Notes: generated by a model not told the origin, from the sequence alone. Shown: positions 53,894 through 64,000, numbered from the stretch's first letter. The stretch: 64,000 nt of DNA from Gammaproteobacteria bacterium (GCA_050288105.1 JBNKDE010000010.1:130375-194374), one strand, 5' to 3'. Made by a program: numbers and translations.

Positions 53894-55026
53894 TGATCAG
53901 AAAACTCCTGGAAAATGATTTTGGGGGCAAGGTGTTCCTGACCCTGTTGTTTGTTGCCTGCACTTACGTATTACTGGCGAATCAATTATTGTCGCCGGAC
54001 AATATGTTTCATGTGCCGACCTATACCGTGACCTTATTAGGTAAATATCTGACCTACGCCTTGCTGGCGATAGCGGTGGATCTGGTGTGGGGCTACCTGG
54101 GCATCCTGAGTCTCGGGCATGGTGCATTTTTTGCGCTGGGTGGCTATGTGATGGGCATGTACCTGATGCGCCAGATTGGTGATCGGGGTGTGTATGGTAA
54201 TCCTGAATTACCCGATTTCATGGTGTTCCTGAACTGGAAAGAGCTGCCCTGGTTCTGGTATGGCTTCGATCAGTTCTGGTTTGCAGCGGTCCTGATATTG
54301 CTGATCCCCGGTCTGCTCGCTTTCGTATTCGGCTGGCTGGCGTTCAAATCCCGCGTCACTGGTGTGTATCTGTCGATTATTACCCAGGCCATGACCTATG
54401 CCCTGATGCTGGCGTTCTTCCGTAACGAAATGGGCTTTGGCGGCAATAACGGGCTAACCGATTTCAAGGATATCCTCGGATTCTCGCTGCAGTCGGATAA
54501 TGTACGTATGGTATTGTTTTTAAGTTCAGCGCTGGCGCTTGCACTGGGCTACCTTTCCTGCCGCTACATTGTTAACTCCAAGCTGGGACGGGTGAGCGTC
54601 GCCATCAGAGACAGTGAAAACCGCGTGCGCTTTATTGGCTATCGGGTAGATTTTTTCAAACTGTTTGTGTTTACCTTTTCAGCGGTGCTGGCCGGTATCG
54701 CGGGTGCGCTGTATGTTCCGCAGGTGGGCATCATTAATCCCTCAGAATTTTCGCCAATCAATTCCATTGAAATCGTAATCTGGGTCGCAGTCGGTGGACG
54801 CGCCACCCTGTTTGGTGCGGTGCTGGGCGCGCTGGTGGTGAATTATGCCAAGACCTATTTCACCGGGGCATTCCCTGAGGTTTGGCTGTTTGCTCTGGGC
54901 GGACTGTTTATCCTGGTCACCATCTTTGCACCGGATGGCATTATCGGCCTGTTCAAACGCAAAAAGAAATCAGGCTCTAGAAACGATTCCACGCCAGCCG
55001 AGTTAAGCGGGGAGGCTGCAAAATGA
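53893..55026 (+). CDS. urtC: Urea ABC transporter permease
   Basis: Start moved to MIRKLL (TAATG overlap with the urtB stop). LivM-like permease. Confidence 0.9.
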   Translation: MIRKLLENDFGGKVFLTLLFVACTYVLLANQLLSPDNMFHVPTYTVTLLGKYLTYALLAIAVDLVWGYLGILSLGHGAFFALGGYVMGMYLMRQIGDRGVYGNPELPDFMVFLNWKELPWFWYGFDQFWFAAVLILLIPGLLAFVFGWLAFKSRVTGVYLSIITQAMTYALMLAFFRNEMGFGGNNGLTDFKDILGFSLQSDNVRMVLFLSSALALALGYLSCRYIVNSKLGRVSVAIRDSENRVRFIGYRVDFFKLFVFTFSAVLAGIAGALYVPQVGIINPSEFSPINSIEIVIWVAVGGRATLFGAVLGALVVNYAKTYFTGAFPEVWLFALGGLFILVTIFAPDGIIGLFKRKKKSGSRNDSTPAELSGEAAK

Positions 55027-55853
55027 ATGGTCTGAATGGATTAAGAGATTTTGCGCGGCGTGACCAGGTTTTTAACTTCATGATACGCGCGGATGAGATT
55101 GTGCCGGATACTTCCAAGGGCATGATTTTGTATGTAGAAGATTTATCGGTAAGCTTCGATGGATTTAAAGCGATTAATGATTTAAATCTGTACATCAAGG
55201 AAGGCGAACTACGCTGTATCATCGGCCCGAATGGTGCCGGTAAAACCACGCTGATGGATATCATCACGGGTAAAACACGACCCGATAAAGGTTCGGTGTT
55301 TTTCGGGCAGGATATTGATCTGCTTAAATTTAGCGAGCCCGAGATAGCGCAGATCGGAATAGGTCGAAAATTTCAGAAACCTACCGTATTTGAACAGCAT
55401 ACGGTGTTTGAAAACCTGGAACTTTCAATGGCTGCGAATAAACGCGTCTGGCCAACACTGTTTGCCAAACTGGGTGCAGAAGAAAAAGACCGTATCGATG
55501 AAATTCTTTTGCAGGCGGGTTTAATGGATATGAAACATCACTCTGCCTCTTTATTGTCTCATGGACAGAAGCAATGGCTGGAGATCGCTATGCTGGTCAT
55601 GCAGCAACCGCGTTTATTACTGGTAGATGAGCCAGTTGCGGGTATGACCCATCAGGAGATGGACAAAACAGCTGAACTATTGCATAGCCTGACCGGTAAA
55701 CATTCCGTGGTGGTGGTGGAACATGATATGGATTTTGTACGCTCGATTGCCAGTGATGTCACAGTGCTGCATCAGGGTAGTGTGCTGGCTGAGGGTACGA
55801 TGGAAGAGGTTCAGGCCAACCGCGAAGTCGTTGAAGTTTACCTGGGGGAATAG
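55023..55853 (+). CDS. urtD: Urea ABC transporter ATP-binding protein
   Basis: Walker A GPNGAGKTT and the ABC signature. Confidence 0.9.
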   Translation: MNGLNGLRDFARRDQVFNFMIRADEIVPDTSKGMILYVEDLSVSFDGFKAINDLNLYIKEGELRCIIGPNGAGKTTLMDIITGKTRPDKGSVFFGQDIDLLKFSEPEIAQIGIGRKFQKPTVFEQHTVFENLELSMAANKRVWPTLFAKLGAEEKDRIDEILLQAGLMDMKHHSASLLSHGQKQWLEIAMLVMQQPRLLLVDEPVAGMTHQEMDKTAELLHSLTGKHSVVVVEHDMDFVRSIASDVTVLHQGSVLAEGTMEEVQANREVVEVYLGE

Positions 55854-56554
55854 TGGCCATGCTTAAGATCGAAAATCTAAATCAGTATTACTCCGAGAGC
55901 CATACCCTGTGGGATATCGATATGGAGCTGGAAACGGGTAAGTGTAATTGCCTGATGGGCCGTAATGGCGTAGGTAAGACCACCCTGTTGAACTGCATCA
56001 TGGGTTTGCAGGCGATACGCTCTGGCAATATGACCTTTGATGGTCATGACCTGATCAAGGCTAATGCGGAAAGTAGAGCCGCCATGGGGATAGGTTACGT
56101 ACCACAGGGGCGCCAGATATTTCCATTACTCACGGTCAGGGAAAACCTGCAGATCGGACTGGGCGCCAGAAAAGATAAGTCAAAACAAATTCCAGATTTT
56201 ATCTACGAGCTGTTCCCCGTGTTAAAAGACATGCTGGGGCGACGTGGTGGTGATCTTTCCGGCGGACAGCAGCAACAGCTGGCCATAGGTCGTGCGCTCG
56301 TGATTGATCCATCGCTGTTGATTCTGGATGAACCTACCGAAGGTATTCAGCCCAATATCGTGCAGGAGATTGGTGATATTATCAAAAAACTCAGTAGTGA
56401 AATCGGGCTTACGGTTTTGCTGGTAGAACAGAAATTACCCATTGTGCGCAGGATTGCGGATAATTTTTCGATACTGGATCGCGGGCGTAAGGTGGCTGCT
56501 GGTCAGATCGATGAATTGAGTGATGAATTAATTAAACAATATCTAACCGTGTGA
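55853..56554 (+). CDS. urtE: Urea ABC transporter ATP-binding protein
   Basis: Walker A GRNGVGKTT and LSGGQQQ. Confidence 0.9.
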   Translation: MAMLKIENLNQYYSESHTLWDIDMELETGKCNCLMGRNGVGKTTLLNCIMGLQAIRSGNMTFDGHDLIKANAESRAAMGIGYVPQGRQIFPLLTVRENLQIGLGARKDKSKQIPDFIYELFPVLKDMLGRRGGDLSGGQQQQLAIGRALVIDPSLLILDEPTEGIQPNIVQEIGDIIKKLSSEIGLTVLLVEQKLPIVRRIADNFSILDRGRKVAAGQIDELSDELIKQYLTV

Positions 56555-56561
56555 GAGGCAG

Positions 56562-56735
56562 ATGATGAAAAAACTGAGTATACTGATAGCCCTGTTTCCG
56601 CTCAATGCGCTGGCTCATCCAGGGCATGTGGAGTTGACTACAGTGAGCACACTGGGTTTTTTGTTGCTGAGTGGCGTAAGCGCACTGGCGTTACACAAAG
56701 CGTTAAGCTTCGCCAGAGTTAAAAGAAAAAGATAA
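56562..56735 (+). pseudogene. 57-aa ORF resembling only the N-terminus of a HupE/UreJ nickel transporter; a possible remnant or an independent small His-motif membrane protein
   Basis: MMKKLSILIALFPLNALA|HPGHVE...GF..: signal peptide followed by AHxGH, as at the HupE/UreJ N-terminus, then a stop after one TM segment. RBS GAGAGG. Sits exactly where ureJ/hupE is found in many urease clusters. Confidence 0.35.
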
Positions 56736-56756
56736 ACAATATTACACAGGGCACGC

Positions 56757-57587
56757 ATGACATCTGTCGCACGAACCCAGAACTGGTCTGCACGACTCGA
56801 CCTCGAATTGAGTGCCGGGGAAGTCAAAACCCATTTACACCCAAAAAAGCGCTACGGTCCGCTCTCGGTTCAACGCCCATTCTACCCCGAGCAGGACTAC
56901 TGCCATGTGTACCTGTTACATCCTCCGGGCGGTGTCGTGGGTGGCGATCAACTGGATCTGAATGTTGTCGCTACTACACAGTCTCATGCCCTGTTCACCA
57001 CGCCTGGGGCAACCAAATTCTATCTTAGCGCAGGTGAGACCGCGCTGGTTAAACAGCAATTCTCGCTGCAAGCGGACAGTTCTGTAGAATTCCTGCCGCA
57101 GGAGAATATCTATTTTCCCGGTGCACGCGTGTATACCCATACCCAAATGGATGTATCGCCGGGCAGTGTTGCGATGCTATGGGAAAAACACTGCTTCGGA
57201 CGCCCCGCCAATGATGAACCCTTCAGCCACGGACAGGTGACCAGTGAATTATCATTGCGTAGCGAAGGTCATTTGATTTTTAATGAGAAGCAGCGCATTG
57301 ATGCGAATGAGATAAACCGTAGTAGTGGTTTACGAGGTTACCCGGTGTATGGCACCTTGCTGGTTTATGCACAGGGGTTAGAGGATAAGCTGATCGACAG
57401 GCTGCGTCAGACACAACCCGAAAAAGGCTGTTGTGGGATCACCAGCACACGCAGCGAATTGCTCATCGTGCGCTATATGGGCGAAAGTACTGCAGACCTG
57501 AATCGCTACTTCATCCAGCTGTGGGATCAAATAAGAATTATTGCTTTAAACCGTAACAGCTGTCATCCGCGTATCTGGAACACCTGA
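56757..57587 (+). CDS. ureD: Urease accessory protein UreD
   Basis: UreD/UreH family, first gene of the urease cluster. Confidence 0.85.
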   Translation: MTSVARTQNWSARLDLELSAGEVKTHLHPKKRYGPLSVQRPFYPEQDYCHVYLLHPPGGVVGGDQLDLNVVATTQSHALFTTPGATKFYLSAGETALVKQQFSLQADSSVEFLPQENIYFPGARVYTHTQMDVSPGSVAMLWEKHCFGRPANDEPFSHGQVTSELSLRSEGHLIFNEKQRIDANEINRSSGLRGYPVYGTLLVYAQGLEDKLIDRLRQTQPEKGCCGITSTRSELLIVRYMGESTADLNRYFIQLWDQIRIIALNRNSCHPRIWNT

Positions 57588-57630
57588 GAAGCGAGTGATG
57601 GCTAACCTGAAAACCTGACAGGATTGAATT

Positions 57631-58257
57631 ATGGAATTAACACCCAGAGAAAAAGATAAATTACTCATTTTCACCGCCGCGAGGGTGGCGGAACGACGCA
57701 AGGCGCGCGGGGTTAAATTAAATTACCCCGAAGCCGTTGCCTATATCAGTGGCGAGATAATGGAAGGTGCTCGCGATGGTAAAACCGTTGCGGAATTGAT
57801 GGATTTCGGGCGTACCCTGCTGACTGGAGATGATGTGATGGATGGGGTGGCGGAAATGATCCACGATGTACAGGTGGAAGCGACCTTTCCCGATGGTACC
57901 AAACTGGTCACGGTGCATGAACCGATCATCAGCAACAAAGCACCTGGCGTGATTGCTGGTGAGATTATTACAGAGCCGGGTGATATTGAACTCAATGCCT
58001 TGCGCGAAGTAATTGAGGTCGAAGTTTCCAATACCGGGGATCGCCCGATCCAGGTGGGATCGCATTATCACTTTTACGAAACCAATGCCGCGCTGCAGTT
58101 TGATCGCGAATTCTCTAAGGGTTATCGACTGGATATACCGGCAGGTACCGCCGTGCGTTTTGAACCGGGTCAGACCCGGGTGGTGTCACTGGTGAAGTAT
58201 GCGGGTGAACAGGTGATTTATGGCTTTAACGCCAGGGTAATGGGGAAGGTGGAATAA
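57631..58257 (+). CDS. ureAB: Urease gamma-beta fused subunit
   Basis: N-terminal 100 aa match UreA/gamma ([32 protein letters not shown]). C-terminal about 105 aa match UreB/beta ([15 protein letters not shown]....[18 protein letters not shown]). Confidence 0.85.
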   Translation: MELTPREKDKLLIFTAARVAERRKARGVKLNYPEAVAYISGEIMEGARDGKTVAELMDFGRTLLTGDDVMDGVAEMIHDVQVEATFPDGTKLVTVHEPIISNKAPGVIAGEIITEPGDIELNALREVIEVEVSNTGDRPIQVGSHYHFYETNAALQFDREFSKGYRLDIPAGTAVRFEPGQTRVVSLVKYAGEQVIYGFNARVMGKVE

Positions 58258-59960
58258 TGGCCAGGATATCAAGACAGGCATATGCCGAAATGTATGGACC
58301 TACAACTGGGGACAGAGTGCGCCTGGGTGACAGCGAACTCTGGATCAGGGTTGAAGACGACAAAACCGTGTATGGCGATGAAGTCAAGTTTGGTGGTGGT
58401 AAGGTAATCCGCGACGGCATGGGGCAGTGCCAGCGCGCAGCCGATGAAGTGGTTGACGTGGTGATTACCAATGCCCTTATCGTAGATCACTGGGGGGTGA
58501 TCAAAGCCGATGTCGGCATCAAGAATGGTCGCATCAGTGGAATCGGCAAAGCCGGTAATCCAGATACCCAGGCGGGTGTGAATATCGTGGTGGGTCCAGG
58601 TACCGAAGCCATTGCGGGCGAAGGTCAGATCCTGACTGCGGGCGGTATCGATTCGCACATCCATTTCATTTGCCCGCAACAGGTGGATGATGCATTGATG
58701 TCGGGTGTGACCACCATGCTGGGTGGTGGAACGGGTCCGGCCACTGGAACCAATGCGACGACCTGTACCCCGGGTCCGTGGAACATCCATCGCATGCTGG
58801 AAGCCGCCGATGATCTGCCAATGAATCTGGGTTTTCTGGGCAAGGGTAATGCGAGTTTGCCAATAGCGCTGGAAGAGCAGGTTGCCGCAGGCGCTATTGG
58901 CCTCAAACTACATGAAGACTGGGGCACCACGCCAGCCGCGATTGATAACTGTTTATCAGTTGCTGACGCGATGGATGTCCAGGTCGCTATCCACACCGAC
59001 ACCTTAAATGAATCCGGCTTCGTTGAGGACACACTAAAAGCAATGAAAGGCCGTACCATTCACACCTACCATACCGAAGGTGCTGGTGGTGGGCATGCGC
59101 CGGATATTATCAAGGCAGCTGGTTTTTCGCATGTATTGCCGTCATCGACCAATCCGACAAGGCCCTATACTGTGAATACGGTGGATGAACATCTGGATAT
59201 GCTGATGGTTTGTCATCACCTTGACCCCAATATTGCAGAGGATGTCTCTTTCGCGGAATCGCGCATCCGCCGCGAAACCATTGCGGCTGAAGATATCCTG
59301 CATGACAAAGGTGCCTTTTCCATGATTGCATCCGATTCGCAGGCCATGGGCAGGGTAGGTGAAGTCATCACTCGAACCTGGCAAACCGCACATAAGATGA
59401 AGGTGCAGCGTGGCAGCCTGGAAGGCGATCAGGACAAGGCAGATAATTTTCGTGTTCGTCGCTATATTGCGAAGTACACCATCAACCCGGCGATCTCTCA
59501 TGGCATCTCTCATGAAGTGGGCTCGGTAGAGGTCGGTAAACTGGCAGACCTGGTATTATGGAAGCCGGCTTTCTTCGGCACCAAGCCCTCGTTGATTATC
59601 AAGGGTGGTATGATTATCGCGGCACCGATGGGCGATCCGAATGCTTCGATTCCAACCCCTCAACCAGTGCATTATCGCCACATGTTCGGCGCGCTGGGTA
59701 TGGCCAGAGCTAAGACCACGATGACCTTCCTGTCTCAGGCAGCGATACAGGCAGGTGTACATCAACAGTTAAACCTGAAATCACTGATTGGCGGCGTCAA
59801 GGGTTGTCGTAATATCAGCAAGGCATCCATGATCCATAATGATTATATGCCTGAAATTACAGTGGATTCGCAAACCTACCAGGTGCATGCGGATGGTGAA
59901 TTACTCATCTGTGAACCCGCTAGTGAATTGCCTATGGCGCAGAAATATTTTCTTTTTTAA
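58257..59960 (+). CDS. ureC: Urease alpha subunit
   Basis: 567 aa with nickel-ligand motifs (IDSHIHF, MVCHHLD, GGGHAPD). Confidence 0.95.
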   Translation: MARISRQAYAEMYGPTTGDRVRLGDSELWIRVEDDKTVYGDEVKFGGGKVIRDGMGQCQRAADEVVDVVITNALIVDHWGVIKADVGIKNGRISGIGKAGNPDTQAGVNIVVGPGTEAIAGEGQILTAGGIDSHIHFICPQQVDDALMSGVTTMLGGGTGPATGTNATTCTPGPWNIHRMLEAADDLPMNLGFLGKGNASLPIALEEQVAAGAIGLKLHEDWGTTPAAIDNCLSVADAMDVQVAIHTDTLNESGFVEDTLKAMKGRTIHTYHTEGAGGGHAPDIIKAAGFSHVLPSSTNPTRPYTVNTVDEHLDMLMVCHHLDPNIAEDVSFAESRIRRETIAAEDILHDKGAFSMIASDSQAMGRVGEVITRTWQTAHKMKVQRGSLEGDQDKADNFRVRRYIAKYTINPAISHGISHEVGSVEVGKLADLVLWKPAFFGTKPSLIIKGGMIIAAPMGDPNASIPTPQPVHYRHMFGALGMARAKTTMTFLSQAAIQAGVHQQLNLKSLIGGVKGCRNISKASMIHNDYMPEITVDSQTYQVHADGELLICEPASELPMAQKYFLF

Positions 59961-59962
59961 CT

Positions 59963-60418
59963 ATGCTACGTTTTACACAATTTACCGACGCTGATCATAG
60001 CAGTTATAGCGCTATTACCTTGCCACTGGAGCTACGCATTAAATCGCGCCAGAAAGTCACACTGGAAAATGGTGAGGAAGCTGGATTGTTCCTGCCGCGC
60101 GGCAGCGTGATGAAACATGGCGACCGCTTACAGGCTGAAACGGGCGAAGTCATCGATATCATCGCTGCCAGCGAGACCGTCAGTAGTCTATACCTGGATG
60201 ATCCATTACAAATCGCCAGGGCCTGCTACCATCTTGGCAATCGGCACGTGCCACTACAGATTACCTCTGAATTTATCCGCTATCAGCACGATCATGTACT
60301 GGATGATATGCTGCATGGTATGGGCATGCATGTGACTGTAGAGCAGGCCCCTTTTGAACCTGAGGCAGGTGCTTACCATAGTCATGCTGCATCCACGGGG
60401 CATCATCATGCACACTGA
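59963..60418 (+). CDS. ureE: Urease accessory protein UreE
   Basis: UreE fold with a His-rich C-terminus (HSHAASTGHHHAH). Confidence 0.85.
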   Translation: MLRFTQFTDADHSSYSAITLPLELRIKSRQKVTLENGEEAGLFLPRGSVMKHGDRLQAETGEVIDIIAASETVSSLYLDDPLQIARACYHLGNRHVPLQITSEFIRYQHDHVLDDMLHGMGMHVTVEQAPFEPEAGAYHSHAASTGHHHAH

Positions 60419-60419
60419 T

Positions 60420-61079
60420 ATGGCTCTGGCCCGGTTATTTCAGCTGATCAGCCCTTCGTTGCCAATTGGTAGCTATACCTACTCGCAGGGGGTTGAATGG
60501 GCGGCTGAGACTGGCTGGATACGCTCTGAGGATGACCTGTTCGAATGGATGCGCGGCCTGATAGAAACCAACCTGCGCTATCTGGAACTGCCACTTTTGT
60601 TTCGCATGATGGATGCCTGGACACAGCGTGATATGGACAGGCTCGCCTACTGGAATGAGTACCTGCTGGCCAGTCGAGAAACCTCCGAATTTCTACAGGA
60701 AGAAAGCAACCGCGCGCGCGCTTTCTGCCAGGTACTGCTGACGCTAGAAGCGGCGGCCGAATTGCATAAAGCCGAGTTAATGAAATCACAACACGCCTGC
60801 TACAGTTATGCCTGTGTGCAATGGGGTATCAATCAGCAAAGCGCAGCCTATGGACTGATGTGGAGCTGGCTTGAAAATATCGTGCTCGCTGCTGTCAAGA
60901 TCATCCCGCTGGGACAGAGTGCCGGGCAGCGCGTGATCTTTAAGCTATCCGAGTTTTTACCCTTTGTGATTGAGCAGGCTAGCCAGGTAGAAGATCTGGA
61001 TATTGGCAGTTCCTCTCTGGCTATGTCCATTGCCAGCTGTCAGCATGAAACTCAATACACGAGATTATTCCGCTCCTAA
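60420..61079 (+). CDS. ureF: Urease accessory protein UreF
   Basis: Start moved to MALARLFQLISPSLPIGSYTYSQGVEWA, the canonical UreF N-terminus, one base after the ureE stop. Confidence 0.85.
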   Translation: MALARLFQLISPSLPIGSYTYSQGVEWAAETGWIRSEDDLFEWMRGLIETNLRYLELPLLFRMMDAWTQRDMDRLAYWNEYLLASRETSEFLQEESNRARAFCQVLLTLEAAAELHKAELMKSQHACYSYACVQWGINQQSAAYGLMWSWLENIVLAAVKIIPLGQSAGQRVIFKLSEFLPFVIEQASQVEDLDIGSSSLAMSIASCQHETQYTRLFRS

Positions 61080-61098
61080 AAGTTTTACAGGATAAAAC

Positions 61099-61716
61099 AT
61101 GACAGATAAACAACCCTTAAGAATAGGCATAGGCGGACCGGTAGGTTCGGGTAAAACCGCATTACTGGATCGGCTATGTAAAACCATGCGCGATGAATAC
61201 CAGATCGCGGTGGTAACCAATGATATTTATACCCGCGAGGATGCGGAATTCCTGGTACGTAGCGAAGCCCTGGATGCAGATCGTATCGTTGGTGTTGAAA
61301 CCGGTGGTTGCCCGCATACCGCGATCCGTGAAGACGCCTCAATGAATCTGGCCGCAGTGGAGGACCTGACCTGTCGCTTTGGTAATCTGGATGTCATCTT
61401 TATCGAATCCGGCGGAGACAATCTATCAGCAACCTTTAGCCCCGAACTCGCCGACCTGATGATTTATGTCATCGATGTATCCGAAGGAGAGAAGATTCCA
61501 CGTAAGGGTGGTCCGGGTATCACCCGTTCTGATTTACTGGTGATCAATAAAATCGATCTGGCCCCTTATGTCGGCGCATCGTTAGAGGTGATGGAATCCG
61601 ACACCAAACGTATGCGTGGAGAAAAGCCTTATGTTTTCACCAACCTGAAGCAGGATGCCGGGTTGCAGCAGGTGGTGGATTTTATTGTGGATAGAGGGAT
61701 GTTGCGCCAGAGCTAG
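61099..61716 (+). CDS. ureG: Urease accessory GTPase UreG
   Basis: [10 protein letters not shown]-loop, CPH motif and ESGGDNL. Confidence 0.95.
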   Translation: MTDKQPLRIGIGGPVGSGKTALLDRLCKTMRDEYQIAVVTNDIYTREDAEFLVRSEALDADRIVGVETGGCPHTAIREDASMNLAAVEDLTCRFGNLDVIFIESGGDNLSATFSPELADLMIYVIDVSEGEKIPRKGGPGITRSDLLVINKIDLAPYVGASLEVMESDTKRMRGEKPYVFTNLKQDAGLQQVVDFIVDRGMLRQS

Positions 61717-62115
61717 AGGCAAGGCACGCTCTTATTTAAGCGAGGTGAATTCAATTTGTAGGTGCAACACTTAACGAGTTGGCTAAAGGGTAAGTTGCTG
61801 TATGATTCACAGCTTTATCCAGTGGCGTATGTCTGTAACAAAACGTCGAAAATCGTTCGCTTAGCTCTCGTCGATCACAAATGCTATGCCTGGTGTCTCT
61901 TTAACTACGGTGTTAGCGACAAAACCAGCAGGTATGCTGTCATCTAAAATGTCGGGTTTTTAATTCATCTATTTCGCGCTGATTCAGGCAAATGGATTTG
62001 CCAGAGAATCTTCCACCTCTTGACCATGTAATCCACCTGCTGTATCAATCAAAAGCGTATTATTGATTAACGAAAACGCTATCACTTTTGCTGAACTGCC
62101 ATTAACCTGAATTGT

Positions 62116-62715
62116 ATGAATGAGAATATCGACAAAGGGGTTTATCAACGGCTGATTGACGCTGCCATGCAGTGCTTTCTGGATGATGATTATCATCGCG
62201 TTACCACCAGGCAGATTGCCGCTACGGCGGATACAAACGTATCGATGATTCGTTATTACTTCGGTAACAAGGAAGGGTTATACGAAGAGATGATTCGCAG
62301 CACATTGGAACCCCTGCTCGATGTTCTCGAGAGCTCTCTCCTCTCCTCCACTAATGGCTTTGCCGATTACTTTCGCATCTACTACCACACCATGCAGAAA
62401 AACCCGCGTTTCCCTGCATTGGTACTCAAGGTACTGGCCCTGAATCAGGGGCCGGGAAAACGCTTTATCCACCAGTTGCTGGAGCGTGGCAGACAACGCG
62501 GACGCGAAAAGATCGAACAGCTGAAGCAGCAAGGGTTGGTAGATGCGGAGATCGATGCCGATGCGGTGCGTATCGCTTTTGTTAGCCTCGCCATGATGCC
62601 GATGTTGATCAAACCGGTGTTTGAGGATCAGATGGAGCGGGAGATGGATGATACTTTTCTTGAACAGCTGGCTATCCTTAACGGACGCCTGTTTAGTGCC
62701 GGGTTACAATCCTAA
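62116..62715 (+). CDS. TetR-family transcriptional regulator
   Basis: TetR HTH (VTTRQIAATADTNVSMIRYYFGNKEGL). Confidence 0.8.
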   Translation: MNENIDKGVYQRLIDAAMQCFLDDDYHRVTTRQIAATADTNVSMIRYYFGNKEGLYEEMIRSTLEPLLDVLESSLLSSTNGFADYFRIYYHTMQKNPRFPALVLKVLALNQGPGKRFIHQLLERGRQRGREKIEQLKQQGLVDAEIDADAVRIAFVSLAMMPMLIKPVFEDQMEREMDDTFLEQLAILNGRLFSAGLQS

Positions 62716-62728
62716 AAGGAGGAAAGAG

Positions 62729-63847
62729 TTGAGTACACTGCAACGCAACGGTTTCAAGGTAAAGTTGTTCCTACGCGCCATTCGTTTTGCCAACGTACTG
62801 GCCTTACTACCTAACAAGCTGGTACCTGCGCCATTTCGCATTATTCAGATTGGCAGCGCCTACTGGCAGTCGCGGGCCCTCTACGCAGCGACAGAATTGG
62901 GAATCGCCGATACCCTGGGTGACAACGAGATGGCAAGCGATGAAGTGGCCGAAGCCCTGAAGCTGCACGCGGACTACCTTTATCGGTTGCTGCGCATGCT
63001 TTCTTCTATCGGTGTCTTTGAAGAGTGTGGTGAGCGGCGTTTTAGAAATAATAAACTCTCCAGTTGTCTGCGTTCAGATTCATCACAAAGTGTGCGCGAG
63101 ATGGTGCTATGGCATAACACGCCTGAGATGAGCCGTCCCTGGTTCGAGGCGCTGGGCCCTGCTTTACGAAATGGCGAGATCCCCTTCAAGCAGATTCACG
63201 GCGAGGGACTGTTTGACTACCTCGATCAACACCCACAGCTTGATGCGTTGTTCACTGGAGCGATGGAGTCGGTCGAAGCCCTTACCGGCATTGACTTTCT
63301 GGATGATTTTGACTGGGGCCGCTTCGACCGCCTGATCGATGTGGGCGGCTCCAACGGCAGCAAGGCACTCGCCATCCTCAAGCGCCACCCGAAAATGCAC
63401 GCACTAGTCTTTGATCGTCCGCAGGTGGTCGAAAACGCGCTAGACGGGTGGCGCAATAGAGTCGATGCGGAGTTGCTGGATCGCGTTACATTTATTGGCG
63501 GTGATATGCTGGAAGCGATTCCTGGCGCGCGCTCCGAACACGATATCTATCTTTTTACCGCTATCTTTCATGGAATGGGGGATACCCAGGCGGACAAGGT
63601 ACTTGCCAGTCTGCGTACCGCATGCGGTCCACACCGCCCCACTATCGCCATCATTGACTGTGTTGCCGAAGCAGAGGGTATCGACCCCAGTGTCGCCAGT
63701 TTTGATATGCAGATGCTCATCGGTACCCGCGGACGAGAGCGTACCAGGGCTGAGTGGTGCACTTTGCTGGAAAGGAGTGGTTTTGCGTTGCATGAAATTG
63801 TCTCACTCCGCAGTTTTGCACGACTGCTGGTCGTCAACATCTGTTAA
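62729..63847 (+). CDS. Class I SAM-dependent O-methyltransferase (plant/bacterial OMT family with dimerisation domain)
   Basis: TTG start 7 nt after the RBS AAGGAGG. Methyltransf_2-type SAM motif (LIDVGGSNGSKALAI). Confidence 0.8.
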   Translation: MSTLQRNGFKVKLFLRAIRFANVLALLPNKLVPAPFRIIQIGSAYWQSRALYAATELGIADTLGDNEMASDEVAEALKLHADYLYRLLRMLSSIGVFEECGERRFRNNKLSSCLRSDSSQSVREMVLWHNTPEMSRPWFEALGPALRNGEIPFKQIHGEGLFDYLDQHPQLDALFTGAMESVEALTGIDFLDDFDWGRFDRLIDVGGSNGSKALAILKRHPKMHALVFDRPQVVENALDGWRNRVDAELLDRVTFIGGDMLEAIPGARSEHDIYLFTAIFHGMGDTQADKVLASLRTACGPHRPTIAIIDCVAEAEGIDPSVASFDMQMLIGTRGRERTRAEWCTLLERSGFALHEIVSLRSFARLLVVNIC

Positions 63848-63933
63848 GGTATTTTGACACCCATCAGGTAATATACGATCTCCGTAAAAAATAAAACGGG
63901 ACCTATATGGACACATCGCCAGTACCTCATCGA

Positions 63934-63958
63934 ACCGCTGCAGCGGTGATTTTTTTTG
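63934..63958 (+). terminator. Rho-independent terminator (perfect palindrome plus T8)
   Basis: accgctgcagcggt followed by gatttttttt. Lies 90 bp after the O-methyltransferase stop and right before the next ATG. Confidence 0.65.
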
Positions 63959-63974
63959 CTAGCTGAGATTGATT

Positions 63975-64000
63975 ATGAAACTAAATGTATTTGGTAGACA
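63975..64000 (+). CDS. Start of an unidentified gene running off the window end (MKLNVFGR...)
   Basis: An ATG after a strong terminator. Only 8 codons are visible. Confidence 0.2.

Noticed and set aside
61717-62115. Small ORFs 61762-61947 (+) and 61984-62196 (-) between ureG and the TetR gene
   Set aside because: No RBS and atypical composition. The region is more likely a plain intergenic promoter region for the TetR/OMT unit.

Overview
Dense bacterial chromosomal window, about 50% GC. Gene content and organisation (QseE/GlrK-QseG-GlrR module, Entner-Doudoroff genes, TRAP and RND systems) suggest a Gram-negative proteobacterium, probably a gammaproteobacterium. There is no tRNA, rRNA, CRISPR array, integrase or transposase. 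From start to end I read: (1) a long minus-strand operon zwf-pgl-edd-pgi-eda-glgB-glgX (Entner-Doudoroff plus glycogen branching/debranching); (2) a fructose-type ABC transporter plus PfkB kinase (frcBCA-K-like) with a divergent ROK regulator; (3) an orphan Panacea-domain (SocA-like antitoxin) gene, a Crp/Fnr regulator, a CBS-pair protein and a VOC/glyoxalase protein; (4) a malonate utilisation locus: matB malonyl-CoA synthetase plus a hotdog thioesterase, a GntR regulator, a TRAP transporter (DctPQM-like) and matA malonyl-CoA decarboxylase; (5) an AT-rich accessory patch carrying a secreted MBL-fold hydrolase, a LysR regulator, an unusual cysteine-less TusE/DsrC-like domain fused to an unknown N-terminal domain, a small Cys/His-rich ORF and a secreted FecR-domain protein; (6) dbpA, then two long imperfect palindromic / terminal-inverted-repeat non-coding elements flanking a retropepsin-like protease and next to a secreted EF-hand protein; (7) a GlrK(QseE)-QseG-GlrR(QseF)-like two-component module, then tex, a membrane GGDEF protein and a lipoprotein with an Asp-box; (8) a TetR-regulated RND efflux system with two tandem membrane-fusion proteins (TriABC-like); (9) a three-heme c-type cytochrome; (10) a complete urea ABC transporter (urtABCDE) followed by a urease cluster (ureD, fused ureAB, ureC, ureE, ureF, ureG) with a 57-aa HupE/UreJ-like remnant between them; (11) a TetR regulator plus an O-methyltransferase. 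The most notable non-obvious signals are a roughly 57-bp motif duplicated upstream of two unrelated operons, the Cys-less TusE-like fusion gene, and the two structured inverted-repeat elements. The CDS coordinates come from the supplied ORF track. Starts I adjusted by hand, and all coordinates of the non-coding features, were counted by eye and may be off by 1-2 bases.
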